A stretch of DNA of 62,866 nt, counting the filler, from Octopus bimaculoides (lineage: Eukaryota): NCBI RefSeq assembly GCF_001194135.2. It is 7 parts of 7 records of this genome, joined end to end, with 100 filler letters (N's around TTAATTAATTAA, not from the genome) between each part and the next. Parts side by side here need not be neighbours in the genome. Positions count along the whole stretch, not along the records: positions 1 to 8,239 come from NW_026436127.1; positions 8,340 to 15,153 come from NC_068997.1; 5 more parts are not named here. The stretch is one strand, 5' to 3'. Under the pieces are notes generated by a model, which had not been told where the DNA came from, made no database searches, and worked only from the letters and a program-made list of their open reading frames with translations. Positions 1 to 13,010 of this stretch are shown piece after piece. The position numbers and the translations under genes were made by a program. The stretch's first letter is position 1. Each line of letters opens with the position of its first letter.

Positions 1-17
1 GAGAGAGAGAAAGACAG

Positions 18-48
<31 letters not shown>

Positions 49-50
49 GA
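1..50. repeat. (GA)n/(GACA)n microsatellite
   Basis: Direct reading of the sequence. Confidence 0.95.
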
Positions 51-2030
51 GGGAATTCGTTGAAACCTTTTTCAGAATTCCGTTCTAAATACAGGAAATA
101 ACGATAAGGTTAGGGTTTAGAGTCAGGGATTGTAGATTAGTATTCTAGGGTGAGGTTTAGATCTAGAACTTTGGATTTAGAGTTTAGGATGAAACCCTCT
201 TGCTGGGTGTGAAGAGGTCGAAGAATGGAATCTTGCTTGATATTCAGCTATAGCATTTTCTGATTGTCGTCTATATCTAAGTACAAATAAGGTACAAAAC
301 TGACGAGATCATCCGCAGCCATATTGAACTTCAGCCAAAAAATCGCTAGCAAGGATTCTGCCTGATAAACTTAATGACTGTGCTATCATTGAAGCACTTT
401 AAGTAATATTTGGTGGTGGTGGTGGGGTAGAAATTGCACCCTCTCTCCTCTTTGAAGAAATATTTGAGAATACCACGTACAAATTCATCACTGTAAACAC
501 TGTAATGACAGACTGCAAATGAGGTTCTGCTGAAAATCGTCGCAAATCCAAACTAGAGATCACAAACAAGTTACTGCATATATATGACAAAAATAGAAAT
601 TTCAGAAATATAAGAACAAAACAGAATGAGAGAGAAACAAAATATAAAATGAATAAAAAGGGAGGGGACAAGGGAACAATACAAAGATTGTGAAGGGTAT
701 TCTCTTTTTTTTTTTTTTCATGACGGGAATGGTTTTTATAGATTTCGGGTTGCAACCAGAGCTTATGTATTGAATTTTGTATTTGAGACGCACCGCGATA
801 ATGCGTCACTAAAAATACAGGATATGTTGTCAAAGTAGCCAATGTCGATAGTTGTAAGCTAACTACATTTATGGCAAGGTTTCTTAAACCTGGTTGGGCT
901 GGTGGCGACTGGAATTGATGTTTTGTTTTGCCGAAGTAATTTCTATAAATATACTCTTTTTCTATTTTCAAGGTTCAAGGCGATGTCTTAGAAATTTATG
1001 GAATGGAGGGTGGTGTCTACTGTTATTTTTTCACACTAAGTCTTTGTAAGTTTTGATGACGTGTTTCCTTAATTCTATAATTTTTATCAGTCAACATTGC
1101 ATGAACTTTTGACTCAGACATCTTGATACAGACCGCATTTGTCAACAGAGAATTTATTCGTTAGGGAAGATAGGGGTTTAGAGAGCAACATATCTCAAAT
1201 CTCATCCGAATATTTAACTCACTTGGAGATGTCGAAATTAATATGGTGGTCTTCTTTAATTCTTGGGAGTTGTCGAAGTAACTGTGATTTACGGGTATAT
1301 AGGATTATTGTAATGACTGAGATCTGAGATTACGTAATGTGTAACGAAGCTTAAAGTTTTAACAGTAGCGGTTTACTTACAATGTTAACTTGTGTAAATT
1401 ATTGAGACTATTAATATAGTTTATGTTACAACACTGAATGACGGAAATGGTTATATTTGATAGTTGTACAGATGTATCTCATTTTATTTTGCGGCTGATT
1501 TTGTCTTGTATAATAGTTAATTTTTGTGTTTGTTTTATCTCTATATAACGTCTCTGACTTATTGAAATTACATCAATATAAAATTGTTTAATATAGAAAA
1601 TATTAGATTTTATTTTATTACAATTCGACCCTTACTCCTCAGTACTGTTATAGACTTAGTTTTAGTGAGATCGATGACATTGCTTTAGCCAAACCAGGTT
1701 TTACGTGTTTTAATCTTTGACAGTCAATTTCATCTATCTGGTCTTGGACTCGATACGGTATATTGTCGGGAACCTAAGTTTACCCATACAGGTCGTGAGA
1801 AAGGGGAACAAAGAACATAGATAACCTGAGCCATAAGGTTTGGGCAACTCATTGCTCTTTGAGAGAGCCAAAGAGATGCAATGCCCTTGACATTTCAAGA
1901 GTTTATAGTTTCCTGCGCCAACCATGTCATGAAGAGAGGGTTAACATTTCGATTTTCATTTAAATAATTATATTTACTCTTGGAAAAGAAGAAATTTAAG
2001 GACTAGCAAAATGTAGTTTATGTTTCTTTA

Positions 2031-2135
2031 CGTTCCGAGTTAAAATCACTCTGAGACCAGCTTTATTCCTTATATTTCTGGGGTTGATAAAATAATCATG
2101 AAATAGTGGGGTAAAAGATTCAATCGTCCCCACTT
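2031..2135 (+). mobile_element. Degraded type A tRNA-derived SINE fragment
   Basis: ccgagttaaaatcactctgagaccagcttt...ggggttgataaaataa resembles the B-box/core of the intact copy at 27747-27963. Confidence 0.5.
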
Positions 2136-2264
2136 CACGCGTTAATATTTTGTGGCCTCTTATGTTCTAATTACAGAGGTTAATTTTCCTTTTAGCCTTC
2201 TGTATAAAATAAGCAAGAAGTCGTGTACTGGGATATTCATGCGATATTATTTCTCCATCAGCGA

Positions 2265-2452
2265 CTTCGAGCCAACGAAGACCTCTATGCAACACTCGAC
2301 CTGCTATATTCTTTTTCTAACAGCACCCTACTGCTTTAAAAGAAAGCACACATTGCGTAATATAATCTTGGACATTCTAAAAGATGTAATTGTCACGGAT
2401 GGAAGGCCTCTAATCATAGAGTTGCTTGATCAGGAGCTGACCTGAGTCTAAA
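2265..2452. repeat. Old unclassified interspersed repeat fragment
   Basis: 2393-2452 aligns loosely with 21225-21280 in this window (taatcatag...tcaggagctgacctgagtctaaa vs taatcgtag...tcaggactggcctggggctaaa). Confidence 0.35.
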
Positions 2453-3016
2453 CTTTGTGGTTTTGTACTAATGCAAGAAATCATTTACAGACTCGTATGA
2501 AACTTATTGTTATAGATGTTATGAACACGTATTATAAAGTATATTTTCTAGCTGCCAATATAATTGAAAACACCTTTGATAAATTAGGATAATATAAACG
2601 AAAAACCTAACGGGACTCCTCAGCTTATTTTGTTATTCTTTCCGTTTCTGAATAATCTGATATTTTTTTGCTGTTTGAATAACGTAAGTTGGCAAGCACC
2701 CACTCCCATCTCTTTCAAAGTGTTCTTCGTGAGATGTAATTTAAATTAGCATCAACACACACGAATTTACAAGATACACAAAACGCACAACACATACATA
2801 CGTAAAGCTCAACTCACGACGAAGAAAAAATACAAGAAAGAAGCCAACACCAAGATGAATTACTTTCGTGCGCTTAATTAGCAACGATAAGTAGAGAATT
2901 ACTGAAACTATATATAATGTCTCCCACCTGGAACTTTTGCTATATTGGTGGGAGTGACTTTATTGTAGTATTGATTTCTTACATTGGCATCAAGTCACAC
3001 GTCTCTGAGAGAAAGG

Positions 3017-3120
3017 TAAAGTCAATTAAATCGACCTCGGTACGTATGGCTGGTACTTATTTCATCGCACCCAGAGAGATGTAATGGATAGATGTGTCCG
3101 TCGGGATTTGAATTCAGCGT
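3017..3120 (-). mobile_element. Degraded type A SINE core fragment
   Basis: aagtcaattaaatcgacc...ctggtacttatttcatcg...gggatttgaattcag matches the reverse complement of the type A core and B-box. Confidence 0.6.
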
Positions 3121-3651
3121 CTAGAATGGCTAATCTACCGTAAAATCAATGTTTCTAAGAGACATTTTGCTTACAAAGTGATCAGGTGGGCTGCATCCAT
3201 TCATTATTATAGTTTTGTAAAAAAAAACATAAAATGCTTCTTTCACTTTATCCATTCAAACAAACCAGTCATTTTCACCCAAAACTTAATAAAGGCCCTC
3301 TTTATATTTCTCCACAATTTTTACGTTAGCGCTCCTAATTTTCAGTTTAGGGTTCCAATTTCCCCTTCTATATTGTCCGTTGTTGCTTTCTGAGTTTTAG
3401 AATTCAACTACTCAGCTTTTTCATAACCTGCTGCCACTCTTCCTCTGGACGCACCCAGATGAAATCTATTTTTAAAAGTTTATTTGAATATACCCTTTAT
3501 TCAGTGTAAGTTAAATTACAATTATACAGGATGGAAGACCCCCGGAAGAGTCGCAGGAGCGTCGTCATAATATAAGTGATGTATTTTAGGCATTTTGAAA
3601 CTGTCGGAGCCCATATCTCTCTAGGTCTAAACACAGATTATTTCTTACGGA

Positions 3652-3735
3652 AAGAAGAAGAAGAAGAAGAAGAAGAAGAAGAAGAAGAAGAAGAAGAAGA
3701 AGAAGAAGAAGAAGAAGAAGAAGAAGAAGAAGAAG
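3652..3735. repeat. (GAA)n microsatellite
   Basis: About 28 perfect GAA units; explains the poly-Glu ORF. Confidence 0.98.
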
Positions 3736-3747
3736 AGACTCCTGTAC

Positions 3748-3860
3748 TACATTGGTAGTTCATTTACCGACCCCGGAAGGACGATGACTTTAGTACGATT
3801 CGAACTGTTATGCAGAAACCCGGAACGAATACCGCTAAACATTCCATCCGTCACTCTAAT
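3748..3860 (-). mobile_element. Degraded type A-like SINE fragment
   Basis: ttggtagttcatttaccgaccccggaagga...gattcgaac...aataccgctaaacatt resembles type A antisense. Confidence 0.5.
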
Positions 3861-5434
3861 ACTACTTATGAGCAACCTCTACACCTAATTTGTGGAACTA
3901 CATACCGAATATGGGGATTATAAGCACTGTAGTACTTACGTATAACAGTGAATATTTACACACACACATACACGTACACACACATTCAGGAATGTGTATT
4001 GATACGAGTTACATACATATTAAACGTAAATTGAAAACAGAATACAAAGGATATCGTAGTACACGTGTTTCAAGCTTTATACACAAACTGTCATTACATC
4101 AGAGTAAAAGATGTTTTATATGACACATTCTACCAGTGTCCCAAGTTTGAAAGTGTTTCGTTAACAAATGGTGTCCGCCAAATCAGAAAGATCCCGTTAA
4201 ACATAGACAGAAAACCATACGCTTATAGAGAAAAGTATAAACTTTTAACAGACTCCAGTACATCATGGTTGCTAATTGTTTTATTGGTCCTTAAGGAATG
4301 TAATATAAAGTCGATCTTGGTAGGGTTTGAACTCAGAATATATAAAGAACGTGCTGAAGTATTTCTGTCATTTTATCTCTTCTGCCATTCTTTCGCTCTC
4401 CTAGAGATAATCAAAATAAAGACATTTACTTATGTCGTTATCTATACACTAAAATACTAAGTATTGTGATCCTTTTATAATCTCAAAACTTATTGTTTAG
4501 CTCTTCTAAGGTCAGTAATATTTGATGTGGTTCATAGACGGAATCTTGATTCCTAGTGAGGCTTCTAAGGAGATACTTGAAAATAATTACAATGGTTCAA
4601 CACAATGTAGCTGTAGCGGTACATTATCTTTTTAATTACAGTAACAGACTGAACAATATTGTTCTAGAAAAGATTACTTTCAAGCTGCGTATCGCCATCT
4701 CTTCTTTATAACACATTCTACATTTCTTTTCTTTTTTTGTTACAAGTGTTTCTTCTGCTATCAGGCGAACGACCACACTGAAAGCGTTAAACACAGCTTT
4801 AATCCTGGAATATATTTCAGTCATCCCTTTCAATAGATAAGTGTTTTATTAAAGGAAATTAACATAAAACTGAACACTTCATACAAAAGAGGTATATTAT
4901 TTTTACAAATTAAGTGTAATTTGTTTGCTGGTTTTTGAATCCTCTGTTGATAATTGATTAGGTGTAGCATTTTCAAAAGCATACTTACCAAAAATGTGTT
5001 TGGGTAATAGAGTAAAATGGGAAAATGTGTACCTCTGTATGTAGTTTGGTGACAGTGACAAAGACTAGCAACAAAAATTAATTTAGTGCATATTGGCACT
5101 TTCATCAGGTCTTCACATTTTAAGCGGGAAACTGCTCATATGTAGGAGTCATACGTAATATTTACTGCAGACCACAATGATGGAAGAAGCGGTAGAAATT
5201 TAAGAAAGATAGGCTATTGTTGTTTAGACCCAAATTTGCCCTAACCAAAGAGAGCTTTGATTAAAAGTATTCTTGCTAAGATAATTACGTCATTTTAGAG
5301 TCAACTTGGAATACATTATCCAATGTTCCTGCTCGTTTCCCAATACGGTAGGGGAATTCGGTAACTATTTGTAATAGACCATGTGGCCAGGTAGAGATCA
5401 TTTCACAGGTTCGAAAAATTTAAGTATATAATTA

Positions 5435-5647
5435 TTTCTACTCTAGGCACAAGGCCTTGAAAATTTGGTGGGAAAGAAGGCTAGTCGATTACCTCGACTC
5501 CAGTGCAGCGATACTTATTTCATCGACCCCGAAAGAATAAAAGCCAAAGTCAACCTCGGCGGAATTTGAACTCAGAACGTTACAACAGACGATATATTGC
5601 TAAGTATTTCGCCCGGCATGCTAACGATTCTGCCAGCTTGCAGCCTT
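5435..5647 (-). mobile_element. Type A tRNA-derived SINE, full length, tail variant 1
   Basis: Head (ctggcagaatcgttagcatgccgggcgaaatac), B-box (gagttcaaattcc), core and tail ggccttgtgcctagagtagaaa, shared with 12810-13010. Confidence 0.9.
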
Positions 5648-6115
5648 AAGGTAAGTTTATAATAAAGTGGAAGTGCAGATTATATTAAGAGAAACATCGG
5701 TCTGTAATGGGACTTATAGCAGATAAATCTGGGTATATGTATAGCACGACGAAGGACAAAAATTTAAAATACGTATGAGAGTAATTTCTACTTGGTGCCG
5801 TAGAAATAACTAGAATTAGCAATCAAAAGATAATGCTTTCGACTTCTGTTGTAGAATTGTTCAAACATAATTTGTAAATTATGTGGCCAATTTCTTGGGT
5901 ATAGTAAAAAACAAGTTTTTGACAAAACGGTAAATAGAAACGCATCAAGGTTAATTAAAGCACCTTTCTATATATCTTTCTTGTTATATTCTCCAAATAT
6001 ATCTTTCATACAATCGTAGATTATATATTCCCATATGATAAAGGAATCTGTCAATCCTATCTACTAGATAAAGTTGCTTTTCTCAGTTTGTTAATAGTTG
6101 ACAGAGTCAATACAT

Positions 6116-6340
6116 AATATCGGTTTCAAATTTTGGCACGAGGGCAGCAAGTTCGGGAGAGAAGTTAATTCGATTACATCGACCCCTCGCCCCAATGCTC
6201 AACTGGTACTTATTTTATTGATCCCAAAGTATGAGAGGCAAAGTCGACCTTCACGGAATTTGAACTCAAAACGTAAAACAGACGAAATGCTGCTAATCAT
6301 TTTGTCCGGCGTGCTAATGATTCTGCCATCTCCCCACCTT
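6116..6340 (-). mobile_element. Type A SINE, tail variant 3
   Basis: Same head and core as other type A copies; tail (aacttgctgccctcgtgccaaaatttgaaacc) matches that of 27747-27963. Confidence 0.85.
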
Positions 6341-7593
6341 CGGTTAATACAGAATATCGACAAGGGCGTAGTACGGGTTTACTATTGCGGCCTTTATTTA
6401 CTAGATTGTATCGATAAAAACGGGACAGCCTTACAACTTCTTAGGAGTTGCCTTCGACTGATTCAAATAGAGCAACTTCATGTTTTGTTGAAAACAGAAG
6501 TTAAATGGAATACTTCTCTTATTGTACTATAGGAGTGTACTGAGGTTTCACAATTCTTGATCTGCACATAAAAATAATTACATTAATGTTATATCAGTTT
6601 AAACACTTTACTTGTATAATTCTACATTGTTCCATTATGGAGAGGACAATATTTTCCTATATAAAAAGGCTTGTTTTTTAAGGTTATTATAGCACAACCA
6701 CAGGACCTCACTACTTTTCACACGTACATATACACATAGATGACTCAACGCTATATGACTTTAGGTTTCGAGAGCTTGTAAGACGAACCCATCTTATCAG
6801 ATATCTAGATATATAATGAGATGGATTGGTCCAACGAACTCACAACACTTGAACCCACAATACCCACAACACTACGCATGACACTCAGTTACACTTATAA
6901 AAAAAAATATGTAATTCTTATGAAATGCGTTGAACGCCACTTTCTTTCATTTATATTTAATAAGGGTGGCTTGTTCGTAATTTTACAACTGAAAGGCAGA
7001 AATATATACATCACTAAAGTGACTGAGGCCACTATATATATANNNNNNNNNNNNNNNNNNNNNNNNNNNNNNNNNNNNNNNNNNNNNNNNNNNNNNNNNN
7101 NNNNNNNNNNNNNNNNNNNNNNNNNNNNNNNNNNNNNNNNNNNNNNNNNNNNNNNNNNNNNNNNNNNNNNNNNNNNNNNNNNNNNNNNNNNNNNNNNNNN
7201 NNNNNNNNNNNNNNNNNNNNNNNNNNNNNNNNNNNNNNNNNNNNNNNNNNNNNNNNNNNNNNNNNNNNNNNNNNNNNNNNNNNNNNNNNNNNNNNNNNNN
7301 NNNNNNNNNNNNNNNNNNNNNNNNNNNNNNNNNNNNNNNNNNNNNNNNNNNNNNNNNNNNNNNNNNNNNNNNNNNNNNNNNNNNNNNNNNNNNNNNNNNN
7401 NNNNNNNNNNNNNNNNNNNNNNNNNNNNNNNNNNNNNNNNNNNNNNNNNNNNNNNNNNNNNNNNNNNNNNNNNNNNNNNNNNNNNNNNNNNNNNATATAT
7501 ATATATATACATACTGCCTATAGCTTTGATTTTGGGGGCCTACCAATTTTGAACAGTAACCGATCTAAACTGAAATGATGAGTGGAAGCTTGA

Positions 7594-7759
7594 CTCTCTC
7601 CTTCCAGCTTTCCACTAGCCCCACTACCCCTCCCACTTCTAACTCATTCCCCCTCCCCACTTCAGTCTGTTGTTACCATTCCTCCTGATCTTCCTCTCTC
7701 TGAGGTGGAACGTTCTCTTCTTAGTAAGGTTGTGCGCTTCATCCCCCTCACTCCATCCC
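7594..7759 (+). pseudogene. Penelope-like element ORF fragment (segment preceding the RT domain)
   Basis: 7666-7758 translates SVVTIPPDLPLSEVERSLLSKVVRFIPLTPS, resembling the PLE motif L-S-x2-E-x2-v-L-s-K-G-L-x-F-x-P (recalled family knowledge). Confidence 0.7.
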
Positions 7760-8203
7760 GCTAGTGGAAAGCTGGAAGGAGAGAGAGAGGAGTAAGTGCA
7801 TGCGGGGTTAGGGTAACATAAGGGTTTGGGTGATGATGAGGGAGAAGTGTATCGGGCAGGGAGTAGGTGGAGGAGGGGTGGGGTAGGAGTGGGGTTAGTG
7901 GCATCGGGTGCGACAGAATGGATGAGTGAGTGCTGTTTACGTTGTTTAGTGCGAGCGAAGGAATTGTGGAAAATGTGATTTAAATGGATGATGAAGCGTA
8001 GAGTGGAAGGTGCAAAGGGAAAGGTGAGAGATAGGAGAGAAAGATGGAATAAACGGGGGAAACGGTGGTCGAGGGTGTGTATTCTGGAGGGATTAGAACG
8101 AATGGTAGCATGCATAAGTCGGTAGTAGTACAGAATATAGGTAGGATGGCAGAAGCAGAGTGGAAAGTGGGGTGGAAACAGAGGCGAAACTTTTGGGGAT
8201 GTT
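7760..8203 (-). pseudogene. Penelope-like element N-terminal ORF fragment, inverted relative to 7594-7759
   Basis: Minus-strand frames give KFRLCFHP...MHATIRSN...LNHIFHNSFARTKQRKQHSL then a Pro/Ser/Thr-rich linker, like PLE N-termini (K-x2-KL-x2-L). It shares a 26-bp junction sequence with the plus fragment. Confidence 0.6.
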
Positions 8204-8680
8204 TATATATATATGTGTATATATATATATATATATATANNNNNNNNNNNNNNNNNNNNNNNNNNNNNNNNNNNNNNNNNNNNTTAATTAATTAANNNNN
8301 NNNNNNNNNNNNNNNNNNNNNNNNNNNNNNNNNNNNNNNACACACACACACACACACACACACATACACACACGACAATTCAAAACAAAGGCGGAACTTC
8401 ATAAATATAATCGATGACCGGGAAGCTAACTAACAACAAGAAGAACAACAACCAACAAGGGTGCTGCTGAGTGGTAGTGCAACCAGTTAAATAGCAGTCA
8501 AATGTCCTCCAAAACATCGCTCAGCTCTCTCTCTGAAAATAAGGAGAGCGCATATTACATAATGCTGTCCTCCGCACACCTTGAAGATGGGATGGACACA
8601 ATAATTTCGATATTCATTATTCAACTTGATCACCACCCGAACAACAACAGTAAAGCACGCGACTGCGCGCGCGTGCAATG

Positions 8681-8801
8681 CATACATACATACATACATA
8701 CATACATACATACATACGTACGTACATAAATACATACATACACACATACATACATACATACATACATACATACATACATACATACATACGTACGTACATA
8801 A

Positions 8802-8832
<31 letters not shown>

Positions 8833-8846
8833 CATACATATATTCA
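8681..8846. repeat. (CATA)n compound microsatellite with internal duplication
   Basis: The cgtacgtacataaatacata interruption occurs twice. Confidence 0.95.
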
Positions 8847-9383
8847 TACATACAAACATTTATACANNNNNNNNNNNNNNNNNNNNNNNNNNNNNNNNNN
8901 NNNNNNNNNNNNNNNNNNNNNNNNNNNNNNNNNNNNNNNNNNNNNNNNNNNNNNNNNNNNNNNNNNNNNNNNNNNNNNNNNNNNNNNNNNNNNNNNNNNN
9001 NNNNNNNNNNNNNNNNNNNNNNNNNNNNNNNNNNNNNNNNNNNNNNNNNNNNNNNNNNNNNNNNNNNNNNNNNNNNNNNNNNNNNNNNNNNNNNNNNNNN
9101 NNNNNNNNNNNNNNNNNNNNNNNNNNNNNNNNNNNNNNNNNNNNNNNNNNNNNNNNNNNNNNNNNNNNNNNNNNNNNNNNNNNNNNNNNNNNNNNNNNNN
9201 NNNNNNNNNNNNNNNNNNNNNNNNNNNNNNNNNNNNNNNNNNNNNNNNNNNNNNNNNNNNNNNNNNNNNNNNNNNNNNNNNNNNNNNNNNNNNNNNNNNN
9301 NNNNNNNNNNNNNNNNNNNNNNNNNNNNNNNNNNNNNNNNTATCTATTCATATATAGACTGACAGACAGATTGATAGAGAGAT

Positions 9384-9512
9384 ACATACATACATACATA
9401 CATACATACATACATACATAACACACACATACATACATGCATACATACATGCATACATACATACATACATACATACATACATACATACATACATACATAC
9501 ATACATACATAC
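9384..9512. repeat. (CATA)n microsatellite
   Basis: Direct reading. Confidence 0.95.
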
Positions 9513-9654
9513 AAATACACATTCTCATAGGCACAGTTGTAAAAGAATGTTGAAGGTAAATGAGGTGATAGTAAAAATATGGGTTTGTGTAAATATTTGA
9601 TTAGCCGACAGTACAGTATTTCACTCGCAACCGATGATAGCATGTGAATAGCGC

Positions 9655-9678
9655 GGTCGGTCGGTCGGTCGGTCGGTC
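9655..9678. repeat. (GGTC)n microsatellite
   Basis: About 6 units of ggtc. Confidence 0.9.
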
Positions 9679-9851
9679 ATGCAGCCGTTAATACATGTCC
9701 TAAATTAGACTAGTTTGCAGTGCATAGCAGGATTTTCATCTTGGGTGATGCTCACAAAACATGTATGTCAGGTGGGAATAGTGAAATTAGAAACGTATCA
9801 ATTGGCAGTTGATTGATTATATCACCTCCACATCAAACTGACTGTTACCTG

Positions 9852-9899
<48 letters not shown>

Positions 9900-11405
9900 G
9901 GCTTTGTTAATGATAGCCTTTGAGATTTAATGAACGAGAAAGTGAAATACTGCAATTATAGAAAGACAAGACTACCAAATACTAACAGTTAACGAAGGAA
10001 TTCAAAATGATATTCAACTTTAACGGTTTAAATGTTACAAGTGACAAAAGAACTTGTTTTCAAATAAAAAGATAGAAACAATTTAAACGGGAATATCTGC
10101 TTCGAATTCGCTTCATATACACATACATAGATTTACACGCACATAAATACAGGTACAAATGTACAATTATTTGATTATATTAATTTATTAGATATATATA
10201 CATATTGTGTAATTTTCTTTATGTATATTCACAGGCACACACACATATATATACGTTAAATATGTGTGCATGTCTGTCTATCTGTCTGTCTGTCTTCTGC
10301 CTGTCTCTGTCTGTGTCTGTCCGTCTGTCTGTCTGGCTCTCTCTCTCTATATATATATACATACGGATATATAATACACCAATATATGTGTGTATGTATA
10401 TATGTACATGAATATATATGTATTATATACAAATATATGTGTCTGTGTGTGTATGCGTGTATATATATATACATGTGTACATATACACGTATATTATGTG
10501 TGTGCATATAGAAATATATATACACCTATATAAACATATACACACACATAAATATATATACGCACACACTCATACACACATTCATATTCATATATTTAGT
10601 TATACACATTCGTACATAGAATATATATGTATATATGCTTATCTGTACATTACAGTAACCATTGGGTTTAATTAAATATCATTTTCTCAATCCTAATAAA
10701 GATATTTTGGGGATTGCTTTAACCAAAAAGAGATGTCTTCCACAATAATTCCGTCCTTCGCTTCTGTATTTCTTGACTATTTTATCTGAACACAGATGTT
10801 TACCCCAAAAATGGCGACGACTACACGGTTATCTACAATTGTACCACTTCCACCGCAATTCGTGGCAATAATATTCAGAATCTTTACAATAATAAAATAA
10901 TTATCATAATTTCAATCTGGTGAATCTGTTTACATGGTGATCAAAACGTTAGCAGCCAGTCAATAAGCTCACACTGTCCTGGCCATTTGACTAGATCGAA
11001 TAAACATTGCTTGAAATCGTTGCGTACTTCTATTTTGGAGCGTATGTATATAAGTATGTATAATATATACACACACGTGCGTTGCATGTATAAACTGAAA
11101 TGTAGGGTAATATAGCCAGCTCCTTTCTTAATTATAAACGTATATATATATATATATATATATATATNNNNNNNNNNNNNNNNNNNNNNNNNNNNNNNNN
11201 NNNNNNNNNNNNNNNNNNNNNNNNNNNNNNNNNNNNNNNNNNNNNNNNNNNNNNNNNNNNNNNNNNNNNNNNNNNNNNATATATATGCATATATATACTC
11301 ACACACATATAAGTAGACATATATAGACATACATGCAAACAAATACACAGATACATATGCACACTTACACATAAATACATTCTCAAATGTTTAAATCGTT
11401 CCCGT

Positions 11406-11447
<42 letters not shown>

Positions 11448-12029
11448 TGTAATGTACATAAATACATGTACATGCTTTACATAATAACAAACAAAACATA
11501 TAGATACATCTGCCAACATTAACGTTCTCAAGACATTATATATACGCCTACACAAACATACACATATGCACCTACATGGGATAACCGAACAAGGTCGTCA
11601 CCTGTTGAATAACACTCCCCCACCCCACACGTTTTACATGAGATTATATTAGATTGTATATTTAACTACTGCCGAACAGAACTCAGACGCTTGGAGAGAA
11701 GTAATGTAGCTTGACACAACATGAACACGATTAATTTCGGAATATCATCGACCAATAAGCGTTTGTGAATATTTTGAAATATTAATATCAACACATACAT
11801 CCACACATGCACATAAATATAAAGGCACACACAGGCAGACATACAAGTAAGTTTGGTGGCACAAACAAGACAAATACCACTCAATGCATAATAGAAGTTA
11901 TAGAGTTTGATAAATGCAGGGCAGGAAACTCTTGGGCCCTGAGTCACTAATGTAGCTTTACAGTCAAATACAAGCGAAACTGGCTGGAGACTAAATTTAC
12001 CAAAACAAAAATATATACAAATACATGTG

Positions 12030-12066
<37 letters not shown>

Positions 12067-12103
12067 GTATGTATGTATGTATGTATGTATGTATGTATGT
12101 ATG

Positions 12104-12545
12104 TATTCTTTTATTGTTTTCTTTGTTCCAGTTATTTGACTGTAGCTATGCTGGAGCACCACCTTGAAAGGTTTTAGGCGAACAAATTGACCCCAGGACT
12201 TATTTTTTAAGCCTAATACTTATTCAGTCGGTCTGTTTTGCTGAACTGCTACGCTAGGGGACGTAAACATACCAACACCAGTTGTGAAGCGGTGGCAGCA
12301 GGGACAAACACACACACACACACACAAGTACATACATACATACATATATATATACATGTGTGTGTGTTCGTGTGAATATATACATACATTGGGCTTCTTT
12401 CAGTTTCCGTCTATCAAATCCACTCACAAGGCTTTAGTCGACCCGAAGCTATAGTAGAAGACACCTGCTCAAGGTGTGACGCAGTGCGATTGAACTCGGG
12501 AGCATGTGGGTTGGGAAGCAAGCTTCTTAAGATACAGCCATGGCT
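12104..12545 (-). mobile_element. Type B tRNA-derived SINE, full length, with internal microsatellite
   Basis: Head tggctgt...aagaagcttgcttcccaacc, segment gtgagtggatttgatagacggaaactgaaagaagccc, internal (GT/TA)n, and 3' half ending gtcaaataactggaacaaag; matches 39961-40360 and 46971-47592. Confidence 0.9.
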
Positions 12546-12809
12546 GGATGGACGGATATGCGCGCGCATGTGTGTGTGTATGTGTTTGCATGTATGTGTG
12601 TATATTTATGTTGTAAAGTTGAATCTATACATAGTTTATTTATTAAAGTTTTGAGCTGACAGTTTTTATGTCGTATAATATTTGAAGAACGCCTGAATAG
12701 GGTGGAACTTTCAGCAAACGCATCGGCTTGATTCTTTATGTTGAATATTCTCTAAATTGCAACAAACAAGCATTTAGCAGATTTATTATTTTTCTTTTAA
12801 TTAAACATT

Positions 12810-13010
12810 CTTTTCTACTCTAGGCACAAGGCCTGGAATTTTGGGGAGGGAGGGGCAGTCGATTAGATCGACCCAGTACGCAACTGGTACTTAATTTATC
12901 GACCCCGAAAGGATGAAAGGTAAAGTCGACCTCAGCGGAATTTGAACTCAGAACGTAAAGATTAAGCATTTCGCCCAGCGTGCTAACGTTTCTGCCAGCT
13001 CGGCGCCTTT
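12810..13010 (-). mobile_element. Type A SINE, tail variant 1, with 15-bp target-site duplication
   Basis: TSD ttttaattaaacatt (12795-12809) / ttttaattgaacatt (13011-13025), one mismatch. A short internal deletion lies next to the B-box. Confidence 0.93.

Noticed and set aside
399-971. 190-aa minus-strand ORF and a plus-strand GGDWN (endonuclease-like GDxN) motif
   Set aside because: The ORF runs through poly-A and low-complexity DNA with no recognisable domain; the GDWN match lacks supporting motifs.
2215-2260. VYWDIHAILFL resembling the mariner VFWDAHGILFI motif
   Set aside because: No other transposase motif or TIR in frame; the adjacent sequence belongs to a different repeat.
2922-2955. 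8-bp inverted repeat ctcccacc/ggtgggag
   Set aside because: Expected by chance at this length.
6762-6800. Minus-strand CTGATAA...CTCTCGAAAC hammerhead-like remnant
   Set aside because: Core G8 is altered and stem II does not pair convincingly.
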